From positions 6,510,001 through 6,574,000 of the forward strand of contig OZ234494.1 of the NCBI GenBank assembly GCA_965153455.1: DNA of 64,000 nt, in the 5' to 3' direction. The notes beneath the pieces were generated by a model. The model had not been told where the DNA came from. It made no database searches and saw only the letters and a list, made by a program, of their open reading frames with translations. The stretch is from Sphagnum compactum. Taxonomy: Eukaryota. Within the stretch, counting starts at the first letter, position 1. The number at the start of each line of letters is the position of its first letter. Shown one piece after another: positions 38,309-50,332 of the stretch. The translations under genes and the position numbers were made by a program.

Positions 38309-41300
38309 ATGAAGCCTAGGCCCAATATTTCGCCATTTCCTTTCTTCTTCTACTACTACTGGCTCTTGATTCTGGTTTGCTGTGCATCGGCGGCCTCTGC
38401 GTACCGAGGTTCCGACGGTGATCGTTGCGACGAACGCTATGCTTCTATTCGAGGTGCTTGCAAATTCTTGTGGAACGTTCCTTCTTTCCTCAAGCATGGG
38501 TTGCCTGTTTAGGGTTTCAGGTTTAGGGTTTAGGGTTTAGGGATTGCAACCAAACTTCCTGTACAACAACTGCTTTCAATTTCTAATATCAGAGCAATTG
38601 TTACAGTCCTTCAGTTACTGTTTTGCCTAGTTGTGCTGCAAATTGGTCTAGTTTTGCTCCTTGCTAAAGGGCTGAGAAGTGATTGGCTTTCATCATGGTG
38701 GCCTTGGCAGATGTGGCTGTTGGTGAACCAGTTACATTGCAGATGCTTCAGGTCGATGGATATGTGGAAAGTTCACCTGGGCTGAAACCTGAAGACCTCA
38801 GTGCATGCACTCGTGTTCGGATTCCTGGGCAGTCACGGCTTAAGAACATTGGCAAATTTGCTGACACAATGCGGGTAATAGTTGATGTAGTGAAGCCTTC
38901 CCATGCAAAAGTGGAATTGTGCTTTCACAAGTGAGTCCCACTGCTCAATGCCCCCCTGACTCTAGTTTTTTAGCACAGGAAAGCACATTGTGGGGTTACA
39001 GGATTGGAGACTTGCATGCTATCTCTTGTGACTGACTGCCTATCTGCCTGCCTGACTGATTTACAAAACAAGCATTTGGTCTCTCTACATGTTTCTGATA
39101 TTTGGGATTCTTGCATGGTATCCTGTAGGAATGCTTCACTAGGCCTTGCTCAATGTGCCAAAGAAAGTTGGCAGCTGATAGAAAAAGGTTCGTGGACGGG
39201 GGTTATGTCGCCTTTCGAGACAAGGTTTCTTGACATCCGAACATTGGTTTCACAATCATATTCAGTTGTCTCACTTGATATTTCTGTCCAGGAAGGTATG
39301 TCTGCTCTCCATACAATTTTTCAACCTGCCCTCTGGTTACTATGGTTTGCTTTGTTGCATCCTGGTTCAATTATATGTAAGATGTCTAACCAAGTTCAAC
39401 GTCTTTTGAGTTCTCTGGTCAATCCTGTTTTGGTCAAAATCACTTTCCATAGACAGTGGACAAGATCACAATCTTGCAAAAAAGCCCACCATGCTTGTGT
39501 GTGTCCATAAATGGCCTTTTGTTCTTCTTTTGCTTTTTCACTCTCTTGTGAGTAAAATAACACTTTGGATCGAGCAAGTACTGATTGATGGATTTCCTTG
39601 GGTCCAGAACAACGTGCCTATCGTCTGGTGTTTTTGGCATTAGGGATGACATTGTTACTGATGGCCCCAGTAGTAAGTAGCTGGGTGCCATTCTATTACA
39701 GCAGTGCGATGACTCTCGGTGTTCTCTTGGTTGTCCTTGTTCTCCTTTATCAGGTTTTTGTCATTCTCTCCTTCACTAACCTAGAACCTCCAGATGCTGT
39801 TGCTGGAGATACGGTGAATGGTTCAGCTCTATTTCAGTATATGGGATTTGGTATCAGTATTTCACTACCACTGGAGTTGGAAATGGAAATCTGTGTTTGC
39901 TGCAATATGAAGATGATATATGGCCATCACTTTCCCTCTTTTCCTGTTGAATATGTATTTTGGTCTCCATCACCAAGCATTCTTGTGAAGTCTCTGGTGG
40001 GAGCCTTAAATGCACAAATGTTAGTACAATTAAGTGATGTTACTTTTTGGGCTTGATGCAGGGTATGAAGCTGCTTCCAACTGGCCGCAAGAGCACAATG
40101 TACATTGTCCTTTATGGCTCAATGGTATGAAATCTTTCAAGTACAGTTTATGATTCTCTTGTTGTGGTCACTTTTATACCGTGTTTTGGTTTGACAAAAG
40201 AGGAGGTTAAAACAGAACATGCTTTCACTTAAAGAGGCACATTGAAGAAACATGGGTATGGGAGGGGATGGCAGGTGGGGCTGGGCACAGTTGTGCTGAA
40301 CTACTTCAGTGGCCTTCTCTCAACTGTTCTAATGGAGCTTGGGTTTGGTGAAGATATGTTCAGTCCTGTATGCTCTCAAACCTTATCCTAGGATATTAGG
40401 TTTTGTGAATTGGGTCAGTTTGCCTGTGGCATGCCAGCTGCATTGTCAGGGACTTATTACTTTTAGTGGAAATTATTGGCAGGTTGCAATATTTGTTTCA
40501 GTGGCAATTGGCCTGATTGGAGCATGGTTGGGCTTCTGGGGGGTGCGAAAACTGGTCCTCTCAGAAGATGGAAGAGTAGATGCTGGAACTGCCACATTTG
40601 TGAAATGGGCAATCCGTATTGTTGGTTGTGTAATGCTACTTCAGGTCCTTGCTTGTCTCTACCCTTTCCTTCAATGATCCATGCTTTCCTGTGCACATTT
40701 TTTAGACTCCATCCTCTGGTAGCCTTTGTCTGGTTGTTGGGTGTTGTCTGACTAGATCTTGATATGAATTTCAAGTTTGAGTGTACAGTTTGGTTCTGTA
40801 AATCTCAGTAGACATGCTTGTTCACTTTAGTAATCGGGAACCCCATCATTAATCTTTTCTCTAATGGTAACTAATGAAAAGTGCATGGATTGACTTCTGC
40901 TTCTCACTGCATGTTAGCCATTTTATTTGGAGTAGATACTCAATAGGAATTCAACAGTGGCTTTGTTTCCTTCTGTACTACTGTAGATTTTAACCTTATC
41001 TGTATCGTGTCTCAACATGGTTTGTATACCTGAGCAGACTTCCCATGACCCAATGTTTGCATTACTGGCATTGGTGCTGGGCTCAACTGTTGCATGGCTG
41101 GTGGGGAATTTGCAATTAGAAAATATTGAGTTTGTGGAGTTTTTCCATGGCATCTGGTCAGAGTAAGTCTTTCCTTCTCCTGGAGTCTTGGGCATGCTAT
41201 GGTTGGTTGGAAGGGACCTTGAATTGGGTTCAATCTAGTTGTCTTATCTTTCATCAGCTATCTGAGTTTTCTCAGCCTGTAAGGTCTTCTTTTTGTAGGG

Positions 41301-42450
41301 ACAGTTTAGAGTGAAATTTCAGTAGGGCAGCAAGATTTGAGGTAAGGCTGTCTCAATGAGGTCCATTCAGGCAGGATTCATTCAGGAGCAGAACAGTCAC
41401 CAGTTTTTGTTTCATTGCAGAGAAGTTCCAAGTTTTGAAATTGTCTTCACTGCCTGCAGTTATGTGATATCCTCCTGGAAGTGGATATTGGGGAGCACAA
41501 AGAAACATTATGTGAGGTAAGTCTTCCATTCTCTCCAGACCTTGTTAGTCAATACCATTATATGAAGTAGAGCTCGGTGGTTAGGTAACCTCAAATTTGT
41601 TAGAATGAGATTACTCAATACAAATTCAAGCAACCTGCACATTGCATAACTTACCTTCAAGAGCTCATCATTTTCTGTTATGTCAACAGAGGAGCTGTAC
41701 AGAGACCCTCATCACTCCACACCATGAAGCAGGGGAAGAAGCAGTCCAATGATAAGAGCAACAGGGATAGGCTCAGAAACTTACCCACAAAAGAGGGGCT
41801 TGCATTGTGGCAGCAAGTTGCCGCTGTCTCAGAGAGGAGTGTTTGTGGTAATACAATGCAATCTTTTCTTTTATATTTTGACCCATCCTGTGCTCCTCTA
41901 GGCCCCTCCTGTATGTCCTTTACAGTTCCCAATTTGGATGCAGTAAAGATGGGTTGCCCGCCTATCTTGGTGTCATATGGTCTCATGTTATAATGACCCT
42001 TGACAACTCCTTGTACGTCTGTTGTATAGGAGGGTATAAGGGCATTAGAGGGCCTCAAGAAATAATTTCTGATGAAGTGAGTTATCCTTTTCATTGCCTG
42101 AGATCAATCTGTTGATGGTAGTGTTTACTTGTGCAGTGAAAAAAATAGATGGAGCATCAAAATCACCAGAGAAGGAATTTTTCTCCACATTTCACAACTC
42201 TCCTCACATCAAGCCATTGAGCAAAGAGGAGTACAAGGCAACAGCTATCACTAAGAAAGCTGTTGATGACCTCATCACTTCAGCAGAATTCAAAGAGTGG
42301 GCACACTCAGCAGCAGAAAATGACCGAATTTCCATTGTTCCCAATGAGGAGCGGGAAGAAAGAGAAGAGGATGAGATTGAGCAAACTGCAGATATGGAGT
42401 CATTTGATTACTTCTCAAGAAAATATGCTGCAAACAGGAGAAGTTTTTAG
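38309..42450 (+). CDS. NEMP1: NEMP-family (TMEM194/DUF2215) nuclear envelope integral membrane protein
   Basis: 11 in-frame GT-AG exons: 38309-38453, 38711-38930, 39129-39295, 39608-39753, 40062-40124, 40275-40367, 40483-40644, 41038-41162, 41460-41516, 41690-41847, 42137-42450. Signal-peptide-like N terminus. Family motifs: CTRVRIPGQSRLK, ELCFHKNASLGLAQC, APVVSSWVPFYYSSAM, QGMKLLPTGRKS, GAWLGFWGVRKLVLSEDG.VD..TA.FVKWAIRI, FFSTFHNSP, SAEFKEW. Multiple TM helices. Confidence 0.9.
38508..38542 (+). repeat. Interstitial plant telomeric (TTTAGGG)n tract in NEMP intron 1
   Basis: TTTAGGG TTTCAGG TTTAGGG TTTAGGG TTTAGGG. Confidence 0.85.
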
Positions 42451-43381
42451 CTCAATTTGATGGGAATTGTTTTCTGTACATTTTTAAGTTTTACTGTGTA
42501 GCTCTCAGGATTTAGGGTTTAGGTGTAGAGTTCAGTTTACTCAGTCTTTAGGGTCAAAAGTTGGAGGGTTTGTGCCCTTCACTGTATCCTCAGGGAACAC
42601 TGATATCCTGCTAATTTTCTCGCCAGCAGAGAAATTGACAAGGAATACATAGGGGGAAAACTTTTGGACAGACAGAGAATAGACAGTTCATTTGTGTCGA
42701 TTCTAGAAATATGCCTCCAAGCAGCTGTGTTGTTTTTTGTTACATGAAGGCTCTGGTGGCTCTGAAGGAAAAAAAATAGGGATGTTATGGACCTTTCCTC
42801 AAACTGGCAAAATTCTCAAATCAGGATTCCTTTAAGGCGAGTCATGGTCTAAACCAGAGCTTGACTCCACAACAATTGTGACCTCCTTGTCAATTAGTAG
42901 TTTGGGCATCCAGCAGTATAATTGTATGACTTGTGTCAAAAGATCATTATTATCCTGTAATTTATCTTATTGTATTCCAAATCATGTTTTGAATGTCAGA
43001 GGCTCCTTTGAATGTCAGAGGCTCCTTAAGAGCCTTGTGATTTCTTCAAAGGAAATGTATAATTGTTTCCCTGTGATGAGGGTCTCAATGAGCTTCTCCC
43101 TGAGACTTACTTTCCCCGTAAGGAGCTTCAAAGGAAACGAATAATTGTTTCCTTGTGATGAGGTCTTCAGGAGATTTTCCCCATGACCTTTCACATCCAT
43201 GCACTTGCCTTAATTGCTTACAGGCAGCTTTCGCTCTTAGTAAAAAGTTTTGGTTCTCATATTCAACTTGTGCCTCAACCCACATCTCACGGTTACCATG
43301 CCTTTGGTCTCAAGTTGAAGGAAGGCTGGAGCCTTTTTGGGACACATTATGGGGAGGAAGCTTCCCTCTAAGATATGGGAA

Positions 43382-43624
43382 TCAGCACCCACCAGTGAAC
43401 CATGAAGGATGGGTGGTAGGTGGTCAGGAAACAGTCTTCTATTGTTGTGTTCCAGTTGCCTAGCTAAGCGTGGTGGTTATCTTGGTTCAACCTATGCATA
43501 GCCTAACCGCTTATAGAATGGGTTGTTGCCCAGGCAAAACCTGATATTCACTCTGTTGAGGTTCATCCACAGCTGACTAGTAAACCAGTGGATGGTACCC
43601 TGATGGGTGCCAGTGCTCTGGCCA
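43382..43624. mobile_element. Internally deleted copy of the 3957-4435 MITE family
   Basis: Shares CCATGAAGGATGG.TGGTA.GTGGTCAGGAAACAGT and ACTC.GTTGAGGTTCATCCACA blocks, and a ...CTCTGGCC end. Confidence 0.65.
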
Positions 43625-44811
43625 TTTGGAACTACCAATTAAATTCACAACAAAGTTTTGCATACTAACTAATTTTTATTCCTTATATACAGGACTGATG
43701 TTGTGTTTCCTTTCTGTACAATTTTGAGAGACTGGCTAATGTGATCATATTCTATCAATCTATCAATATTGCAACAATTTCAAACATACAACAAAGCTTG
43801 GAGGCTTTCTGTCTTTTCTGTTTTGACCCATATAATTAGGTACACAAAGCCTGGTTGGGGTGGTAAAAAACATTCTGTTGCTATAAATATGGTCAACAAT
43901 TTGAATAGTTGTTTCTGTTGCTATAAACACGATTCTCCAATTTCAGTAATTTTCTCTGTTGCTATGAGCATTTCATTACTTATTTCTGTTATGCTTCAAA
44001 ATTCATACCCAGTGTTTTTTTTTTCCCAATTTGTCGAAGTAGGATTAGGAGGCACATATCCCAATTTTCTGAAGCAGCAAACGTCTTCTGAAGGAGTAGG
44101 TAGCAAGCATCTTGTGAAATAGGAGTAGGTAGCAATTAGTACTTAGAGAAAACTATCCAAAGTTTTCTCTTAACGGTAATCTATCTATAGGTGACAAACT
44201 TTTGAGGGTTGTTGGCGTCATTTCTTCGAAAACCAAAATCTCCCTCTGTTTTTTTGGGAAAAACCTTGGTTTAAAAATCAGGCTTAAAAATCAGACATCT
44301 TCAACAGAATATTTTTAAAAATTCCAGAAAGAAAGAACACGGAATCATACCAAATCATACCAATTTCAACACCATTTCAAACACAGATGGTACAAATTGG
44401 TAGGATTTCAAAACAGACCTATCATGTCAAATTTCAGTCCCACAAGCTGGCTCTGTTTTCAAAACACATCATCCATCCTTCCGTCTGCCCAACTTTAAAA
44501 TGCACTCAGAAAAAAAACCCACAACTTTTCCTTTTTGTCCAAGGGAAGAAGAAGAAGAAGAAGAAACCCAAGTTCAACCCAAATTCTTTTTTACATGGCA
44601 ATATCCTCCTCCTCCTCTACAGTAGTCGTACTTGCACTACCACTACTATACACAATTTTTCTATACATCTCAGATGTACTACAAGATCACACACCATGTA
44701 CAAAAACCAAGCTTGATATTAATTCATGGCGGATGATTGTCTGTTTATTTTTTCTTTTTTTCTTCACAGATTTGAGCTATAGATTAGGATTTTCCTACTC
44801 TATGTGCTCTC

Positions 44812-45432
44812 CTATGAAGCAGCCGCTGCTCCTTTGGAGCCGAAGTTCTTGATGTAGATGCTGATGGTGAGAGCAGATGCAAAGATGATCCACGCCAGGT
44901 AAGGCTTCAAGAGGTTAGCAGCAACATTGTTGACGGGTTGGAAGGCAGAGATGGTGAAGGTAACCACAATAGTAAGGATGATGATATCCAAAAGTGCAAG
45001 CCCAATGTAGTGAGCTCCGAAGAAGAGAGCAGGCCATGCCAAGTTGAGGACCAGCTGGGCTGCATAGAGAGACAAAGGATATCCTTGTTTCTGGAAACCA
45101 CCATCAGCCCAAACCAGCCATGAAGCTAGTCCCATCACTGGGTACAGTACACTCCACGCCGCACCGAAAAGGAAACCCGGAGGATTCCACCAAGGCTTCT
45201 CCAGCTGTGAGTACCAAGCTCCACTCGGACTATACACAAGCCCATCAATAATACCCGCAATCAAAGGAATGCCCACCGCAATCAGCAAACTGGGTACTCC
45301 CGGCTTCTTCATCACTTCCGCAGCTTTCCTGTAACTCTTCTCCATATACTTATTGTCCGTCACATCCGGCACTGGAGGAGCTCCATCCCTCGTTCCACCA
45401 CCACCCCTCTGTGTCACTCCCTCTGAACTCAT
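44812..45432 (-). CDS. TSPO: TspO/MBR translocator protein (tryptophan-rich sensory protein), intronless, 206 aa
   Basis: Single ORF with WYSQLEKPWWNPPGFLFGAAWSVLYPVMGLASWLVW, QLVLNLAWPALFF and LLKPYLAWIIFA motifs. Five TM helices plus a plant-type N-terminal extension. Confidence 0.96.
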   Translation of the reverse strand: MSSEGVTQRGGGGTRDGAPPVPDVTDNKYMEKSYRKAAEVMKKPGVPSLLIAVGIPLIAGIIDGLVYSPSGAWYSQLEKPWWNPPGFLFGAAWSVLYPVMGLASWLVWADGGFQKQGYPLSLYAAQLVLNLAWPALFFGAHYIGLALLDIIILTIVVTFTISAFQPVNNVAANLLKPYLAWIIFASALTISIYIKNFGSKGAAAAS

Positions 45433-47025
45433 GATATTTTTTTAAGGTTTTGTATTGTATGTATTCGACGTTTCCTGCTCACACCCAAATAGCTCCCTTG
45501 CTCCCAAATAGCAGCAGCAGCAGCAGCAAGCTCCCCCTGGCTGCCAAACCCACGGTTCCAAAAACCCAAACCCCAAGACCCAAGATCAGATCCGAAAACG
45601 GATCCAAAAATTTCTGCCAGATAAAGTGTTCTAAAATCCGAAATTCTCTCTACAAAAAGGAAACACCTTACGATTTTAAGCCACAGAAGCAAATACTTAT
45701 GCAAATTCCGCTGCTGCTGCTGCTGCTACTTATGTACAAACGACTGATCGAACCTCGAAGAGCGCCGCATGCCAAATGGCAAGAGCCTGCCACAGGGGAG
45801 GGGAAAGAGCCTGGGCTTTGTATCTGCCACCTGGCAGTCTGACTGGACACCTGGCAGCCCAGCTGTCGCAAAGCCTCTGCGAATAGCTCTGCCGATGGCA
45901 CGTAATGGAAACTGGACCACGGTGGAGTAGGTCAGTCATGCCGGTGTACTTTCGTACCTTTGTGCCTCTGTCGCCCGGAGTTTCAACAGGTGAGTCCACA
46001 TGGAGGTTTGATGGGAACTGTGTCCATTACCAAAGCATCCTAGGGCTAATAATAAAATTTTAATTGAATTTATAGTAATGAACTCACATTATACGAGTAA
46101 TAATGTGATTATAAATATATGGATTACATTCTTTGTATCATAATATGCTCTGCTGATTATAACTTAATTATAGGTAATAGAATACTAGTCTTTAATCATG
46201 AGCTGCTGGCTAAGATTCAAGTATTGTTATGTGCTCACTTTGATCATTTGCTCCTTGTTTCAAGTCCTGAATCAACTCTTTTCCTTTTGCTTAGCACAAT
46301 CCTTGGGATAAATTAGTTGTCTTTTTTTCTTTTTTTTCAATTTTTTTACTCTATCACCTGACCCAACCACACTATGTGGTTACATCATTTCTCGTGGTTT
46401 TTGTTTGATGTTGCTGTGAAGGCCAAAGCCATTACCCAATGATAGCCCTTGTTGACCATGCCTGTACCAAACACATTGAAGAATATCAACCAGATATGGC
46501 GAGCTATTAGAAGTGAAAGACGCAAAAACTAACAATAATTTTTCAGTAAAGAAATCAGCATAGTGAGACATCATTCAAAAATGAAAAATGACGTATTAAT
46601 AATATTACAGATCAGATCCATGATACCAAATGCTTGAAACTTTACTGGATGCCAAATTTCAGATTCTTCCATTTTATCTTTAAAAATTAGGACTGAAGGC
46701 TCATTTAAATGATCAACATGCATCTGTATTTGTACAGACAAAACTTACACTCCTTATGCACAGGAGGGAGCATGGGCTCAACATAATAGATGCACCCAGG
46801 AGACCCCTGAGAAACATGACTGGTGCCCCCAACAACAAATACCTGCAAAACATGCCACCAGAAGTAGGCCCCTGTGGGGCTTGACAAATCATTGATGGCA
46901 CCTGAGATATGAGCAAGAAGGAAACAAACAAAGATAACAGGTCTCCAGATTCAGCCACAACTTGATGGCCAACATCAGTGACACAGATTTGGAGCACTCT
47001 GTTGCCACAGAGATCCTTGAAGAGC

Positions 47026-50000
47026 TTAATAGAGCCCCACTCCTGGAATGAATCCATTATCTCCTGGAGAGGGATGGACTGAGCGCAAATTCTGCAATGG
47101 GTCACCCCTGGCACCCTTCCTTTCAAAATCATCATCCCCTTCAAGAATTTCTTCATTACCAGATGAACTCCTGCTCCTGGCTTTGAATGTGGGGTTCTTC
47201 AGTGTGGGATGCAATTGCCCTTCAGCCCCAACCCATTTTGTATGACTCCCAAGACCCTTAATTTGTAAATCCTTCCCCACTTCAAAAATCTCTTCAGTGC
47301 TAGATGAAATGTTGCTTCTGTTGTTGAATGTGGGGTTCTTGAGCGTGGGCTGGGGTTGCCCTTCGACTCCAACCCATCTTGTGTCACTCCCAATACCTTT
47401 CCCTTTAAAATCCTTGTCCCCTTCAATAATTTCTTCACTGCTAGAAGAACCACTCATTCTATCTTTAAATGTGGGCTTCTTCAATGTCAGCTGCAGTTGC
47501 CCTTCAACTCCAACCCGTCGCAAGTGCAGCTGCACAGGAAGACTAATATTAGAACTAGATCAAAAGCTAGTTATCCGGTACAAGTTGGCCACTCATCTTC
47601 TCTATCATTTAGTGGGAGTAGTAGTCCTGACAACTGACTGTGTGTCCAGCTAACTCATCACATTCGTCCCAGTAACATGACTTCCATTCACTATGATGGT
47701 CCTGACACTTCCCAGCAAGAGCATCTTTCACCTGAGTTTCACATGCTGGTGGATACAAACCCAGGGCATTGGATCAAAGAGGCTTTTTGTTCCTTTGTGT
47801 ATGTGCTCAAGTAATGGCAAGCCAGATGCCAAAAGGAAACATATGAAAATAGCATCACATCTGAACATGAGCAGGTGCCCAAAGATCGCATATCTTACCA
47901 TCACTATATTACCACTAATTGTAAACCAAACTGACCTTAGCAATCTTGTCTCTCTATATAAGGAACTAGTGCAGAAGTCACTATGTGTTGAAAGGAGTGC
48001 ACTTATACCTGTGCATGAAGATTGACCTCATCTGCACGTGAAAGAAAGGGAAAATCACCACCTGACTTGAGGAAAGCTCCGCGTGCTCCAGGATAGCGAG
48101 CACTCACTTTCACCTTCAGAACTGAAGGGACTGCGCAGTAATCATTTGTCTGCGATATAAACCACCCTGAGCTGAGCTTAGCAACCAATAACCTCCAACG
48201 CTAACAAGACCTACATACTCTTCCTTATCAATATGTACAGAAAGAGAACTGCAGAGAAATCCTCTTCTACCTCATATAAATAAAAGGAAAAGAACGTACA
48301 TCCATGATGGTGACTCCTGCATCAGGTAGAGTGACCTGGCCAACTGCTGCTGGCAATGTGTTCAGAGTCAAGCGTGATGCCAGCTCTTCTCTTGACAATG
48401 ACTCCAGCTGTGCAGATGGCAACCTTCAGTATAAAGCTCTAGTATCTCCTGTTCCCAGTAGACAGTTTTCCAAAAGGGATCACTGATACATCAGGTCCCA
48501 AGCTTGGAAACCTTCTAAGCCTCAAAACTAGTTCCTCTAGTCTCACAGCCAGGATGTGGAGGGAAGAAAAAGAAAAGATGCAAAAGGTAGGCCAGTAACT
48601 GGATAAAAGTGTGTGTAGCTTGGAGAAATGTACCTGATTCACAACAAAGTCAATAGAATCGGCAATTAAAGGTTCCTGTGGTGCATCTTGAATCCCTGAC
48701 AAAACATAACGCTTCAAGACGAATTCTGGTGTCCAACTTATGCTGCCAACCAACCGCAAAAGACAGTCATCAGCCATGAGCAGGTCAGAGTAGAAGAGGG
48801 TCTAAAACCAGATGATAGAGAAACATAACCCTCAGATTTCATGCCTAGACTGAGGGTAAGCATTGTTGAGAGGGGAGAAGCATGCTTGTAATCATGTCTA
48901 CAAGGCGCATTTACTGATGAGCTGACACTGGGGAAAGAAACTTGATCCTTCTCTTCAACTAAAGGATGTCAATCACAGCTAACCTACATGCAAAGGAACA
49001 GCCATCACAGAAAAACCAGGAACAAAGCCTTCTCTTGTACAGCAACAGAGATATGGATCAGTTGATATTCAAGTTCACACGAATGACAATGCTGGGGTTA
49101 GGGAAGGTGAGGGAAATAACACACTCACAGAGATGCCCATGGCATGGTTGCTTCAAATGCCCAGTTGTCAACAAATGTGTTGGAGAGCAGCAATGACTTA
49201 ACACGACGAGGGCGGTATTGTGCAAAAAGCTGCGCCAAGAACCCTCCCAACGAGGTTCCATACAGATGTACCTGCAATGTCACAATCTCCCAAGTCAGCT
49301 CTCTTTTTGTATTAGTATACATACAACATCTACAAAGTTGGCACAAGGCTACTAAGAATGCATCTGTCAGTGAAAGACAAACACCTAGGCCTCTCTAAAT
49401 ATCTCTGCAGCCTAAACCCCTCTCTTCTCAGCTAGTGAGATTCATACATGGTGCACCCCCAGAGCATCCAGAAATTTCTCAAAGGATGAGACCCACTCCT
49501 GGTGTGTCCAGACCGGAGGTGCATCTGCTGCAATCACCCTGTAGCCCTGTTTTCACTCAAACAACCAGCATCAACAATCAACTTGCATGCAATGGTCACT
49601 TCTGTGTACTGAAAAATGGCAGCATATGCAAATTGTGTGCACCAGTGTTGCTTTCCATTATCCTATTCCAATGGAGAGAGTAATGTGCACTAATCCCTCT
49701 CCTACATGCATGAACTCCCCATGGGCTAGAGCTTCTCATAATGTTCTGCAGCATCCAAGAGAACCTTACCACACTGTTGCCTTCCCTGAAAATCTTACAA
49801 GAGTTCTCTTAATAGGAGACATTCTGACTCCATCAAGAATAGAAAACTCCATCCATTCCTAACAATTCGAGTCATGTACAACAAAGTTAGCTATGCAGCA
49901 GTTGAATGCCTATAGCCTAAAAGCATGAAGCTTGACATGACATAAGCATACCTTTGCAGTAAGGAATAGGATTTGTTTGTAGAAGACGTCAGCTGTGCCA

Positions 50001-50332
50001 GCAATACCAGAGAGACAGACAAGAGGTGGCACAGACTTAGGGCCAAAGTCATAATAGCGCCAGTGCTTTGTTCCACTGGATCCAATCTGCAACCCCAGAA
50101 CCCAGCAGCCACCTTACAAGACTTTTTTTCTAGTTTTGTGTATTAAAAATCACATGCTGTGCTTAAGACAAGATTCAAAGCGGATCGTGCTTTCATCAAA
50201 AGAAAAAGATTAATGCCCGCAGCAACAGTTTCTCAAAGGAGGACAAAAGTGCACGCTTACCTGGATACGATGGAGGGGCACATGGGCCTTGAAATGCACA
50301 TAGTCGCCTGCACCACTCATTTCTTCACGCAT
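47026..50332 (-). CDS. SPG21: Maspardin (SPG21-like alpha/beta-hydrolase fold protein) with a repeat-expanded C terminus
   Basis: 8 in-frame exons: 50261-50332, 49952-50086, 49448-49546, 49129-49271, 48634-48742, 48300-48407, 48009-48149, 47026-47529. Motifs GDYVHFKAHVPLHRI, WRYYDFGPK, GIAGTADVFYKQI, HLYGTSLGGFLAQ, GGDFPFLSRADEVNLHAQ|LHLRRVGVE match plant maspardins as I recall them. A probable 5'UTR exon lies at ~50835-50990. Confidence 0.93.
47092..47514 (-). repeat. Coding tandem repeat, 3 x 141 nt (47 aa), in the last maspardin exon
   Basis: Units VGVEGQLQLTLKKPTF...SDTRW, VGVEGQPQPTLKNPTF...SHTKW and VGAEGQLHPTLKNPTF...; no indels. Confidence 0.93.

Noticed and set aside
43040..43170. 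C/D snoRNA or hammerhead ribozyme (two GTGATGAG motifs)
   Set aside because: The nearest CTGA is only ~20 nt after the C-like box, and the hammerhead core (CTGATGA...GAAA) is not met. A local duplication explains the pattern.
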